Part shown: positions 54,764 to 64,000 of the stretch, piece by piece | How the letters are laid out: each line of letters opens with the position of its first letter | Position numbering within the stretch: the stretch's first letter is position 1 | From: an uncultured Lachnospiraceae bacterium | Lineage (GTDB): Bacteria; Bacillota; Clostridia; Lachnospirales; Lachnospiraceae | Length of the DNA stretch: 64,000 nt | Direction: 5' to 3' | Assembly (NCBI GenBank): GCA_964407765.1 | Contig: CAYOWU010000004.1 | Coordinates: 28,727-92,726, forward strand | The notes under the pieces: model-generated | Database searches by the model: none | Told to the model about the DNA's origin: nothing | What the model saw: the letters and a program-made list of their open reading frames with translations, nothing else | Translations under genes and position numbers: made by a program

Positions 54764-55444
54764 ATGGAACATTTGAAAATACTTGTGGTGGATGACGAAG
54801 GCAGAATGCGGAAGCTGGTGAAAGACTTTCTGGTGAAGAAAGGCTTTCTCGTTTTAGAGGCGGGAGACGGCGCGGAGGCGGTGGATCTTTTTTTCGCGGA
54901 AAAGGACATTGCCTTGATTATTTTGGACGTGATGATGCCGAAGATGGACGGATGGGAAGTCTGCCGGGAGATTCGCCAGTACTCCAAAGTTCCCATCATT
55001 ATGCTCACGGCCCGGGGGGATGAGCAGGATGAGCTGCTGGGCTTTGAGCTGGGCGTGGACGAATATATATCGAAGCCGTTCAGCCCCAAGATTCTGGTGG
55101 CGCGGGTGGAGGCCATCTTAAGAAGAAGCAGCCGCGCCAGCCAGGAGAAGGCGCTGGAGGCCGGCGGCGTGTGCGTAAATAAGGCGGCCCACCAGGTAAC
55201 GCTGGACGGGAAGGCGCTGGAGCTTAGCTACAAGGAATTTGAGCTGCTGGCGTATTTTGTGGAAAACGAGGGCATCGCCCTTTCCAGGGAGAAGATTTTA
55301 AATTCCGTGTGGAATTACGACTATTTCGGGGATGCCAGGACCATCGACACCCATGTGAAGAAGCTGCGCAGCAAGATGGGAAAAAAAGGAGAGTACATTA
55401 AGACAGTATGGGGAATGGGATACAAATTCGAGGTGGAAAAATAA
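54764..55444 (+). CDS. OmpR/PhoB family response regulator
   Basis: ILVVDDE, LDVMMPKMDGWEV, PIIMLTARG, KPFSP and wHTH RTIDTHVKKLRSK...KTVWGMGY. Confidence 0.96.
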   Translation: MEHLKILVVDDEGRMRKLVKDFLVKKGFLVLEAGDGAEAVDLFFAEKDIALIILDVMMPKMDGWEVCREIRQYSKVPIIMLTARGDEQDELLGFELGVDEYISKPFSPKILVARVEAILRRSSRASQEKALEAGGVCVNKAAHQVTLDGKALELSYKEFELLAYFVENEGIALSREKILNSVWNYDYFGDARTIDTHVKKLRSKMGKKGEYIKTVWGMGYKFEVEK

Positions 55445-56958
55445 AGCGCTCGCTCAGGAACCAGATTGCCCTTATTTTCATCGGGATGACGCTTCTGTCC
55501 GTGGCCGCCATCGTGGCGATTAACGGATTTTTTCTGGCGGAATATTATGTGGCCAGAAAATCCGATGTGCTCAAAGAAGCTTATGACAATCTTGGCTCTT
55601 TTGACATGGAGCTGGAAGCCAATGGGACGGACAGCTCCGACGAAGTGGCCGTTCCTGCGGAATTGAAGAAATCCTCCATGGAGAACAATCTGACCTGGAT
55701 CATCACCAACCGGCAGGGGCAGGCGCTTCTCTATAATGTACAGGAGCGGGACGTGGAACGGATGGAGGCCAGGCTGTTCGGCTATCAGACGGGGCTGGAC
55801 GCGGAACAAAAAGAGATCCTGGAGAAGGCTGACGCCTACGCCATTCAGAAAAGCCGGGACCATATTGCCGGCATGGAATATCTGGAGCTGTGGGGCGAAT
55901 TTGAAAATGGCAATTCCTGTATGATCCGCTCCCCGCTGGAGAGCATCCGGGAGAGCGCGTCCATCTCCAATATGTTTTATCTCTATGTGGGGATTGTCAT
56001 CATTATTGTCAGCGCCTTTATCATCTGGCTGATCACCGCCCATATGACCAAACCCATCTCGGAGCTGACGGACATTTCCCAGCGTATGGCGGAGCTGGAT
56101 TTTCACACGAAATACCGAAGCCGCCACAGCAACGAGGTGGACGTGCTGGGGGAAAATTTTAATAAAATGTCGGAGCAGCTGGAGGGCGCCATCTTGAAGC
56201 TGCGCTCGGCCAATGAGCAGCTGGAAAAGGACATCGCCGAGAAGGTGAAGATTGACGAAATGCGAAAAGAATTCCTGGACAATGTGTCCCATGAGCTGAA
56301 GACGCCGATCGCCCTGATCCAGGGGTACGCCGAAGGGCTCAAGGACAATATCATGGACGATCCGGAGAGCCGGGAGTTTTACTGCGAGGTCATCATGGAC
56401 GAGGCTTCCAAGATGAATATTATGGTGAAGAAGCTCCTCACCTTAAATCAGCTGGAATCCGGGCACGACCGGCTGGTTATGGAGCGGTTTGACATGGTGG
56501 ATCTGATCAGAGGCGTGCTGCAGAACTCTGAGATTCTGATTCAGCAAAAGGAGGCCGCCATCCTTTTTGACAGCCGGCAGGAGCCCGTCTATGTGCGGGC
56601 GGACGAATTTAAGATTGAAGAAGTGGTGACGAACTTTTTTACAAACGCGCTGAATCACATGGATGACAAGAAAATCGTGGAAATAAAAGTCATGCGCCAG
56701 GAAAAAACGGCCCGCGTCACTGTCTTTAACTCGGGCAAACCCATACCCGACGAGGCGCTGGAACATGTGTGGGATAAGTTTTACAAGGTGGATAAGGCGC
56801 ACACCCGGGAGTACGGGGGCAGCGGCATCGGGCTTTCCATCGTGAAAGCCATCATGGAGTCCCACCATCAGAAATGCGGCGTGGAAAATTATCACAACGG
56901 CGTTATGTTCTGGTTTGAGCTGCCCATAGAAGAACATCGCAGCAGCGAAGGCGTCTGA
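55408..56958 (+). CDS. Sensor histidine kinase (HAMP-HisKA-HATPase); true start uncertain
   Basis: Two TMs, HAMP, FLDNVSHELKTPIALIQGY, NFFTNA and GGSGIGLSIVK. The expected start codon appears as ATA at 55441. Confidence 0.9.
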   Translation: MGNGIQIRGGKIKRSLRNQIALIFIGMTLLSVAAIVAINGFFLAEYYVARKSDVLKEAYDNLGSFDMELEANGTDSSDEVAVPAELKKSSMENNLTWIITNRQGQALLYNVQERDVERMEARLFGYQTGLDAEQKEILEKADAYAIQKSRDHIAGMEYLELWGEFENGNSCMIRSPLESIRESASISNMFYLYVGIVIIIVSAFIIWLITAHMTKPISELTDISQRMAELDFHTKYRSRHSNEVDVLGENFNKMSEQLEGAILKLRSANEQLEKDIAEKVKIDEMRKEFLDNVSHELKTPIALIQGYAEGLKDNIMDDPESREFYCEVIMDEASKMNIMVKKLLTLNQLESGHDRLVMERFDMVDLIRGVLQNSEILIQQKEAAILFDSRQEPVYVRADEFKIEEVVTNFFTNALNHMDDKKIVEIKVMRQEKTARVTVFNSGKPIPDEALEHVWDKFYKVDKAHTREYGGSGIGLSIVKAIMESHHQKCGVENYHNGVMFWFELPIEEHRSSEGV

Positions 56959-56975
56959 GCTGTTACAAAATATCC

Positions 56976-57119
56976 GTAACAGTTCAGCTATGCGTTATCC
57001 CGCGAGGCGTCGGTTTGCATCTGCAAGACAATCCCGAGACAGCCACGCGCCAAACTGCGTTTTTTGCAGTTTGTGTGCATATTTTTGTGACAGTGAAGCC
57101 CAGGAGGCTGAACTGTTAC
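56976..57119. mobile_element. 144-bp MITE-like element (GTAAC family), copy 2, inverted relative to copy 1
   Basis: 13-bp perfect TIRs GTAACAGTTCAGC / GCTGAACTGTTAC; flanks AAATATCC / GAATATCC (7/8); about 7 substitutions and 1 indel versus copy 1. Confidence 0.88.
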
Positions 57120-57149
57120 GAATATCCGTGTCTAACCGGCGGCTTCCCA

Positions 57150-57178
57150 TTGACAAAAAAAATAGAACTTGGTAAAAT
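57150..57178 (+). promoter_or_regulatory. SigA-type promoter of ilvN-ilvC
   Basis: TTGACA-17 bp-TAAAAT. Confidence 0.8.
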
Positions 57179-57220
57179 TAATAGGATATTAAAACATATG
57201 GACGAAAGGATGAATAACCA

Positions 57221-57721
57221 GTGAAACAGAGAATACTATCTATTTTGGCGGACAATACAGCAGGCGTATTAAGCCGGGTCGCGGGCCTTTTCAGCAGGCG
57301 GGGGTATAACATCGACAGCATCACCGCCGGCGTGACGGCGGACGCGAAGTTTTCCAGAATGACCGTGGTGGCAAGCGGCGACGAATTGATTCTGGAGCAG
57401 ATTACCCATCAGCTGTCGAAGCTGGTGGACGTGCGGGACATCAAAGTCCTAGAGCCAGAGCAGAGCGTGAACCGGGAACTGATCCTTGTGAAGGTTGCGG
57501 CCACTGTGGAGGAGCGGCAGAACGTGATCTCCATCGCCAATGTATTCCGGGCCAATATCGTGGATATCGGCCAGAAGTCGCTGGTGATTGAGCTGACGGG
57601 AGCGAAGTCCAAGCTGGAAGCTTTCTTAAGCCTGCTGGAAGGCTATGAGATACTGGAGCTGGCCAGAACCGGCATCACCGGACTTTCCAGAGGGGCGGAT
57701 GACGTCCGTTTCCTGTCTTAA
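57221..57721 (+). CDS. ilvN: Acetolactate synthase small subunit
   Basis: ILSILADNTAGVLSRVAGLFSRRGYNIDSI and LELARTGITGLSRG motifs. Confidence 0.96.
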   Translation: MKQRILSILADNTAGVLSRVAGLFSRRGYNIDSITAGVTADAKFSRMTVVASGDELILEQITHQLSKLVDVRDIKVLEPEQSVNRELILVKVAATVEERQNVISIANVFRANIVDIGQKSLVIELTGAKSKLEAFLSLLEGYEILELARTGITGLSRGADDVRFLS

Positions 57722-57815
57722 CCGAAAGATTCTCTAAGACATCCGGATGTTTAATGAATATGCCTGTTTTTTGCAGGCAAAAAAACATAATTCAAAAGCA
57801 GGAGGTAATGAACAA

Positions 57816-58829
57816 ATGGCAGCAAAAATTTATTATCAGGAAGATTGTAACCTTTCGCTTATGGAAGGAAAGACGATTGCGGTAATCGGCTATGGAAGCC
57901 AGGGCCACGCGCAGGCGCTGAACGCAAAGGAATCCGGCTGCAACGTGATCATCGGCCTTTACGAAGGCAGCAAATCCTGGAAGCGCGCCGAAGAGCAAGG
58001 TTTTGAAGTATACACAGCGGCAGAGGCGGCCAAAAAGGCGGACGTGATCATGATCTTGATCAACGACGAGAAGCAGGCGGCTCTGTACAAAGAATCCATC
58101 GAACCCAATCTGGAAGAGGGCAATATGCTGATGTTCTCCCATGGATTCGCCATTCATTTCGGACAGATTAAGCCTCCGGCCAACGTGGACGTGACCATGA
58201 TCGCGCCCAAAGGACCGGGACACACCGTTAGAAGCCAGTACCAGGAAGGCAAAGGCGTTCCCTGCCTGATCGCGGTACAGCAGGATTACACCGGAAAAGC
58301 CCATGATCTGGCCCTGGCCTATGCGCTGGCCATCGGCGGCGCGAGAGCAGGCGTTTTACAGACAACATTCCGGGAAGAGACGGAGACAGACCTTTTTGGC
58401 GAGCAGGCGGTTCTCTGTGGCGGCGTGACCGCTCTTATGAAAGCCGGATTTGAAGTTCTGGTGGAAGCGGGCTACGAGCCGGAAAGCGCATACTTTGAGT
58501 GCATCCATGAGATGAAACTGATCGTGGATCTGATTTTCCAGAGCGGCTTCGCCGGCATGCGCTATTCCATCTCCAACACGGCGGAGTTCGGCGATTACCT
58601 GACCGGGCCGAAGATCATCACAGAAGAGACTAAGAACACCATGCGCCAGGTGTTAAAAGACATTCAGGAAGGCAAGTTCGCCCGCGAATGGCTGACAGAA
58701 AATCAGGTGGGCTGCCCAAGCTTTATGGCCAAGAGACGGATCGAGGCGGGCCATCAGCTGGAACAGGTAGGACAGGAACTGAGAAAGCTTTACAGCTGGA
58801 ACGAAGAAAATAAATTATTGGATAATTAA
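57816..58829 (+). CDS. ilvC: Ketol-acid reductoisomerase
   Basis: [36 protein letters not shown] and [10 protein letters not shown] motifs. Confidence 0.98.
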   Translation: MAAKIYYQEDCNLSLMEGKTIAVIGYGSQGHAQALNAKESGCNVIIGLYEGSKSWKRAEEQGFEVYTAAEAAKKADVIMILINDEKQAALYKESIEPNLEEGNMLMFSHGFAIHFGQIKPPANVDVTMIAPKGPGHTVRSQYQEGKGVPCLIAVQQDYTGKAHDLALAYALAIGGARAGVLQTTFREETETDLFGEQAVLCGGVTALMKAGFEVLVEAGYEPESAYFECIHEMKLIVDLIFQSGFAGMRYSISNTAEFGDYLTGPKIITEETKNTMRQVLKDIQEGKFAREWLTENQVGCPSFMAKRRIEAGHQLEQVGQELRKLYSWNEENKLLDN

Positions 58830-58840
58830 GAGGATATTTG

Positions 58841-59206
58841 ATGAACCCTATGGTAAGAAATGTGGCCATATATGTGATACTCACCCTGGTCACCTGCGGT
58901 TTGTTCGGCATCTACTGGATGATCGTGCTCAACGACGATTCGCTGGCTGCGTCCGGCGAATCCGGAACCTCAGGCGTCACGGTAGTGCTGCTGACACTGG
59001 TCACCTGTGGCATATATGGGATTTACTGGGCCTATCAGCTGGGTCTGCGCATCGATCGGATCAACGCCAGCTATGGCCGTTACACCGATAATTCAGCGCT
59101 TTTGTATCTGCTGCTGTCTATCTTTGGGCTTACCATTGTTGTCTATGCAGTGGCGCAGAACGAGTTGAATCAATACTATGCTGGTTTTCACGGACCGGGG
59201 TATTGA
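58841..59206 (+). CDS. DUF4234-like small membrane protein
   Basis: Twin LTLVTCG(L/I)(F/Y)GIYW repeats, three TMs. Confidence 0.8.
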   Translation: MNPMVRNVAIYVILTLVTCGLFGIYWMIVLNDDSLAASGESGTSGVTVVLLTLVTCGIYGIYWAYQLGLRIDRINASYGRYTDNSALLYLLLSIFGLTIVVYAVAQNELNQYYAGFHGPGY

Positions 59207-59248
59207 TTTCGGGGAAGCTTTTGTAACTTTTGGGACGAGGAGAAGAGT

Positions 59249-60955
59249 ATGAAAAACTTGAAAATAGGCAAAAAACTATTGATTACGTTTGGTACAATTA
59301 TTGTGTTGTACCTGATAACGGTTGTGGTTTCTCAGCTGAGCATGAACACGCTGGGGAATAATTTTGAAGAATTTTACAAAGTAAACTATACAGTCAATGT
59401 GGATACCATGGATATGCGCAGGGCTATGCAGCGCAGCTTAAAAGGCGTATCCCAGGGGCTTCTGACAGATGACAAGAACCAGGAAAAAGAATATTTTGAA
59501 GATTCCCGCGGCCAGATCGAAGAAATGAACAATATGCTGGACGGACTGATCAAACTTTATCCGGAGGCGGAAGATTCTTTTTCAAAAATGCAGTCCATGC
59601 TGGAGCAGTCGAATACGTATTGGGATCAGATCTCAGAGCTGGACAGCCAGGGCAAGAACGCGGAAGCAAGGCAGGTGTTCTTTGATTCCTATGCGCCGCT
59701 TCTGGATGAGGTCAACCAAATGCTGATGACCATGCAGACCAATACGGACAAGACCGTGGCGGATGCGTTTGCGTCTTCAGAGAGAACTCAGTTCATGGTG
59801 CAGATCGTGGTTTTAGTCATTGCAGTGATCGCCGTTTTGATCACGCTGTACCTGTCCGCATACATCACCAAAGGATTGAGAAAGCCGATTTCAGAAATCG
59901 AGACGGCAGCAATCGAGATGTCCAAAGGCAACCTGGATGTTTCCGTGGAATATGAATCCAAAGACGAGCTGGGCGTCTTGTCAAATAATATCCGGAATCT
60001 TGCAGAAGCTTTGAAAGACATTATTTCTGACGAGTCCTATCTGCTGGGCCAGATGGCATCCGGGAACTTCGACGTAAAGACCCAGGCGGAACACCGCTAT
60101 ATTGGAGATTTTGCGGCGATTTTGGGATCTCTTCGTGAGATTAACCGCAATTTAAGCGACACGCTGTCCCATGTAAACGACTCCGCAGACCAGGTTGCTT
60201 CCGGCTCCGTGCAGGTGTCCGACGGCTCCCAGGCTCTGTCCCAAGGCGCGACCGAGCAGGCTTCTTCCGTAGAGGAGCTGGCCGCTACGATTACGGAGAT
60301 CTCTTCGCAGGTTAAAGAAAACGCCCGCAATGCGGAAGAGGCCAGCCAGGCGGCCAGCCAGGTGGGCGAAGAGATGGAAGACAGCAACCAGAAGATGCAG
60401 GAAATGATTCATGCCATGGAAGACATCAGCAAGAGCTCCAACGAGATTGGCAAGATTATCAAAACCATCGAAGACATTGCGTTCCAGACAAATATCCTTG
60501 CTCTGAATGCGGCTGTAGAGGCGGCAAGGGCAGGCGCGGCCGGAAAAGGATTCGCCGTGGTGGCCGACGAAGTGCGCAGCTTGGCGTCCAAGAGTGCGGA
60601 AGCCAGCGCGAATACATCTATTCTGATCGAGAACTCCCTGCAGGCTGTGGAACGGGGAACTTCCATTGCGGGAGATACGGCGCAGGCATTGATCAAGGCC
60701 GTGGAAGGCGCTCAGAACATTACAACCATCGTGAGCAAGATTTCCAACGCTTCCAACGAGCAGGCTCAGGCCATCGCGCAGGTTACGGAAGGCGTGGATC
60801 AGATTTCCAGCGTCGTGCAGACCAACTCCGCCACCGCGCAGCAGAGCGCCGCAGCCAGCGAAGAGCTGTCCGATCAGGCGCAAATCCTGAAGAACTTTGT
60901 GGGACGTTTCAGATTGAAAGATGCAGGAAGCTATCAGGCGGCGGATATAGACTAA
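59249..60955 (+). CDS. Methyl-accepting chemotaxis protein (4HB sensor, HAMP)
   Basis: [37 protein letters not shown] signalling motif. Confidence 0.96.
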   Translation: MKNLKIGKKLLITFGTIIVLYLITVVVSQLSMNTLGNNFEEFYKVNYTVNVDTMDMRRAMQRSLKGVSQGLLTDDKNQEKEYFEDSRGQIEEMNNMLDGLIKLYPEAEDSFSKMQSMLEQSNTYWDQISELDSQGKNAEARQVFFDSYAPLLDEVNQMLMTMQTNTDKTVADAFASSERTQFMVQIVVLVIAVIAVLITLYLSAYITKGLRKPISEIETAAIEMSKGNLDVSVEYESKDELGVLSNNIRNLAEALKDIISDESYLLGQMASGNFDVKTQAEHRYIGDFAAILGSLREINRNLSDTLSHVNDSADQVASGSVQVSDGSQALSQGATEQASSVEELAATITEISSQVKENARNAEEASQAASQVGEEMEDSNQKMQEMIHAMEDISKSSNEIGKIIKTIEDIAFQTNILALNAAVEAARAGAAGKGFAVVADEVRSLASKSAEASANTSILIENSLQAVERGTSIAGDTAQALIKAVEGAQNITTIVSKISNASNEQAQAIAQVTEGVDQISSVVQTNSATAQQSAAASEELSDQAQILKNFVGRFRLKDAGSYQAADID

Positions 60956-60994
60956 GCCCTTGAACGGTTTTCCAGAAAAGAGGAGGAAAATGTA

Positions 60995-62260
60995 ATGGGA
61001 ATGACGATGACCCAGAAGATATTGGCTGCCCATGCAGGTTTGGAATCTGTGGAAGCCGGGCAGTTAATCGAGGCGAATCTGGATTTGGTACTGGGAAATG
61101 ACATCACTTCGCCGGTGGCGATCCGCGAAATGGATCAGATGACGGTGGACACCGTGTTTGACAAGGACAAGATAGCGCTGGTAATGGATCATTTTGTGCC
61201 GAATAAGGATATTAAGTCGGCGCAGCATTGCAAATGCGTGCGTGAGTTTGCGCACAAGCACGAGATTGCCAACTTTTTCGACGTAGGGGAAATGGGCATT
61301 GAGCATGCGCTTCTTCCGGAGAAAGGGCTGACCGTAGCCGGGGACGTAATCATCGGCGCGGACTCCCACACCTGCACCTATGGCGCCCTGGGGGCTTTTT
61401 CCACAGGCGTGGGCAGCACGGACATGGCGGCCGGAATGGCCACGGGCAAGGCGTGGTTTAAGGTGCCGGCCGCATTGAAGTTCGAGCTTAAGGGGACGCT
61501 TCCCCAGTGGGTCAGCGGCAAGGATGTGATCCTGTATATCATCGGCAAAATCGGCGTGGACGGCGCACTTTATAAATCCATGGAATTTGTGGGAGAGGGC
61601 GTGGCTTCTTTGAGCATGGACGACCGTTTCGCCATCTCCAACATGGCCATCGAGGCTGGCGGAAAGAACGGAATATTCCCAGTGGATGAGAAAACCATTG
61701 CCTACATGAAAGAGCATTCCGATAAAGAATACACCATTTATGAGGCGGACGCGGACGCGGTTTACGAACAGGAATATGTGATTGATCTGGATCAGCTGGA
61801 GCCCATGGTGGCGTTCCCCCATCTTCCGGAGAATACGAAAGGAATTTCCCAGATCGGAGAAGAGGTGCAGATTGACCAGTCGGTAATCGGCTCCTGCACC
61901 AACGGAAGGATGGAAGACCTGCGCTGCGCGGCAGACATTCTGAAGGGCCGCAAGGTGAAAAAAGGCGTGCGCTGCATCGTTATCCCGGCCACCCAGGACA
62001 TTTACCTGCAGGCGGTGGAAGAGGGGCTGGTGAAAATTTTCATTGAGGCCGGCGCCGTGGTGAGCACCCCTACCTGCGGGCCGTGCCTGGGCGGTTACAT
62101 GGGCATTCTGGCGGAAGGGGAACGCTGCGTGGCCACCACCAACCGGAACTTTGTGGGACGCATGGGTCATGTGGATTCGGAGGTGTATCTGGCCGGCCCG
62201 GCCGTGGCCGCAGCCAGCGCAGTGACCGGAAAAATATCTTCACCTACGGAAATTGGATGA
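60995..62260 (+). CDS. leuC: 3-isopropylmalate dehydratase large subunit
   Basis: [32 protein letters not shown] and [11 protein letters not shown] motifs. Confidence 0.93.
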   Translation: MGMTMTQKILAAHAGLESVEAGQLIEANLDLVLGNDITSPVAIREMDQMTVDTVFDKDKIALVMDHFVPNKDIKSAQHCKCVREFAHKHEIANFFDVGEMGIEHALLPEKGLTVAGDVIIGADSHTCTYGALGAFSTGVGSTDMAAGMATGKAWFKVPAALKFELKGTLPQWVSGKDVILYIIGKIGVDGALYKSMEFVGEGVASLSMDDRFAISNMAIEAGGKNGIFPVDEKTIAYMKEHSDKEYTIYEADADAVYEQEYVIDLDQLEPMVAFPHLPENTKGISQIGEEVQIDQSVIGSCTNGRMEDLRCAADILKGRKVKKGVRCIVIPATQDIYLQAVEEGLVKIFIEAGAVVSTPTCGPCLGGYMGILAEGERCVATTNRNFVGRMGHVDSEVYLAGPAVAAASAVTGKISSPTEIG

Positions 62261-62279
62261 GCAGGAGGATGAGCATAAG

Positions 62280-62765
62280 TTGAAAGCAAACGGAACAGTT
62301 TTTAAATACGGCAGCAATGTGGATACGGATGTGATCATTCCGGCCCGGTACCTGAAGTCCTCGGATCCGGCAGAGCTGGCTTCCCATTGCATGACAGACA
62401 TTGACCCGGATTTTGTAAATAAAGTCCAAAAGGGCGACATCATTGTGGCGGACAAGAATTTTGGATGCGGTTCCTCCAGGGAGCACGCGCCGATTTCCAT
62501 CAAAGCGTCCGGCGTAAGCTGTGTGATTGCGGAGACTTTCGCGCGGATTTTCTACCGGAATGCCATCAATATCGGTCTGCCCATCATTGAGTGCCCGGAG
62601 GCGGCCAAAAACATTGAAAACGGAAACCAGGTGGAAGTGGATTTTGACAGCGGGAAAATCTATAACCGCACAAAGGGCACGGAATTTCAGGGACAGGCGT
62701 TTCCGCCTTTTATGCAGAAGATCATTGCGGCAGGCGGTTTAGTGAACTATATTAACGAAAAGTAA
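62280..62765 (+). CDS. leuD: 3-isopropylmalate dehydratase small subunit
   Basis: [23 protein letters not shown] and [15 protein letters not shown]; TTG start after GGAGG. Confidence 0.93.
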   Translation: MKANGTVFKYGSNVDTDVIIPARYLKSSDPAELASHCMTDIDPDFVNKVQKGDIIVADKNFGCGSSREHAPISIKASGVSCVIAETFARIFYRNAINIGLPIIECPEAAKNIENGNQVEVDFDSGKIYNRTKGTEFQGQAFPPFMQKIIAAGGLVNYINEK

Positions 62766-62780
62766 ACGGAGTGAAAAAGT

Positions 62781-63692
62781 ATGAGATTAGTGACCCGTTC
62801 GGATTTTGACGGTTTGGTGTGCGGCGCTCTTCTGAAAGAGGCCGGGATTATTGACACATGGCAGTTTGCCCATCCCAAGGATCTGCAGGATGGACTGGTT
62901 GAAATAACGGAAAACGACTGTCTTGCCAATGTTCCTTTCGTGGAAGGCTGCGGACTTTGGTTTGACCATCATTCCAGCGAATTTGAGAGAAATCAGCTGG
63001 AGGGTAGATACAAGGGGGAAAGCCGGCTGACTCCTTCCTGCGCCAGGATTATCTATGAGTATTACGGCGGAGAAGAGAAGTTCCCCCAGTTTGGGGAAAT
63101 CATGGAAGCAGTGGATAAGGTGGATTCCGGTCAGCTGACAGCAGACGAAATCCAAAACCCCAAGGGATGGATTCTGGTGGGATTTCTGATGGATCCTAGA
63201 ACCGGCCTGGGCAGATGGAGAAATTTTACCATTTCCAATTACCGTCTGATGGAAGAGCTGATGGATGCCTGCAGGACCATGGGCACCGAAGAAATCCTGA
63301 ATCTTCCTAATGTAAAAGAGCGCATTGATGTGTACTTCGAGCAGACAGAGAAGTTCAAGGAAATGGTGAAGGCGCACACCCGTGTGGAAGGGGATGTGAT
63401 CATCTCAGACTTGAGGGGCGTGGACCCCATTTACACAGGCAACCGTTTCATGATCTACAGCATGTATCCGGAACAGAACATTTCTGCGTGGATCGTAAAC
63501 GGTAAAGGCGGTAAGGGCTGCTCCGTGGCCGTGGGCTACAGCGTGCTGAACCGTACCTCCAATGTGGATGTGGGAAGCCTGATGCTGAAATACGGCGGCG
63601 GCGGCCATAAAGCCGTGGGAACCTGCCAGTTCAGCGACGAGGATATGGGGGAAAAGGTTCCCCAGTTGCTGAAAGAATTGGTGGAAGGTTAA
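62781..63692 (+). CDS. DHH-family phosphoesterase (exopolyphosphatase-like)
   Basis: RSDFDGLVC, FDHHSSE and GGGGHKAVGTCQ motifs. Confidence 0.85.
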   Translation: MRLVTRSDFDGLVCGALLKEAGIIDTWQFAHPKDLQDGLVEITENDCLANVPFVEGCGLWFDHHSSEFERNQLEGRYKGESRLTPSCARIIYEYYGGEEKFPQFGEIMEAVDKVDSGQLTADEIQNPKGWILVGFLMDPRTGLGRWRNFTISNYRLMEELMDACRTMGTEEILNLPNVKERIDVYFEQTEKFKEMVKAHTRVEGDVIISDLRGVDPIYTGNRFMIYSMYPEQNISAWIVNGKGGKGCSVAVGYSVLNRTSNVDVGSLMLKYGGGGHKAVGTCQFSDEDMGEKVPQLLKELVEG

Positions 63693-63765
63693 GCGACAGA
63701 AAGATTGACGGCACGGGCTGTGCGTAGATCTTGCTTCCGCAATCACAAATATAGATATAAAATCT

Positions 63766-63818
63766 TTATGCGCCCGCAGAACAAGGTTCCGTTATGGATG
63801 AAAGTTGTGCGGGCGCAT
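63766..63818. other. Hairpin near the right edge, possible terminator
   Basis: ATGCGCCCGCA / TGCGGGCGCAT inverted repeat. Confidence 0.45.
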
Positions 63819-64000
63819 TTGGAGTTTACGCAAAGGGCATCCGTTCTGCCTCCATGAGCTTGTGCAGGATGTCTTTGAAGCTGTCTTTGAGCAGGGTATA
63901 GACAGCGGAATCTCCCCGCAGTCATTGATGACAAGACGGCCATAATCTCGTTCAGTGAGAGGGCGGAGGGCAGTTTGTTTTGTATGCTTTGGATGGCCAA

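Overview
Chromosomal window from a spore-forming, moderately GC-rich clostridial bacterium, Lachnospiraceae-like by gene content and order (inference). The backbone is conventional: spoIIIAB-AH, prfC, dpaAB (spoVFAB), asnB, asp23-nusB-xseAB-ispA-dxs-tlyA-nadK-argR-recN-spoIVB-spo0A, glgA, spore-coat genes, two-component and c-di-GMP genes, tRNA-Gly(GCC), ilvNC, an MCP, leuCD and a DHH phosphoesterase. An accessory block at about 5.7-25.1 kb holds a secreted beta-helix protein, two tandem paralogous BspA-type LRR surface proteins (2996 and 834 aa) with a duplicated promoter and C-terminus, a three-gene unit (hypothetical / STAND NTPase-TPR / MATE) and an XRE regulator. The most unexpected signals are: (1) a family of ~143-bp MITE-like elements with GTAAC...GTTAC terminal inverted repeats and 8-bp target duplications (three copies, one strongly diverged but keeping the same architecture); (2) a second ~148-bp long-hairpin element found in two unrelated 5' leaders; (3) a LysA-like protein with both its PLP lysine and catalytic cysteine substituted; (4) the STAND-TPR unit; (5) the VLR-like modular LRR array. 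No integrase, transposase, reverse transcriptase or CRISPR array was seen. All calls come from reading the sequence; no searches were run.
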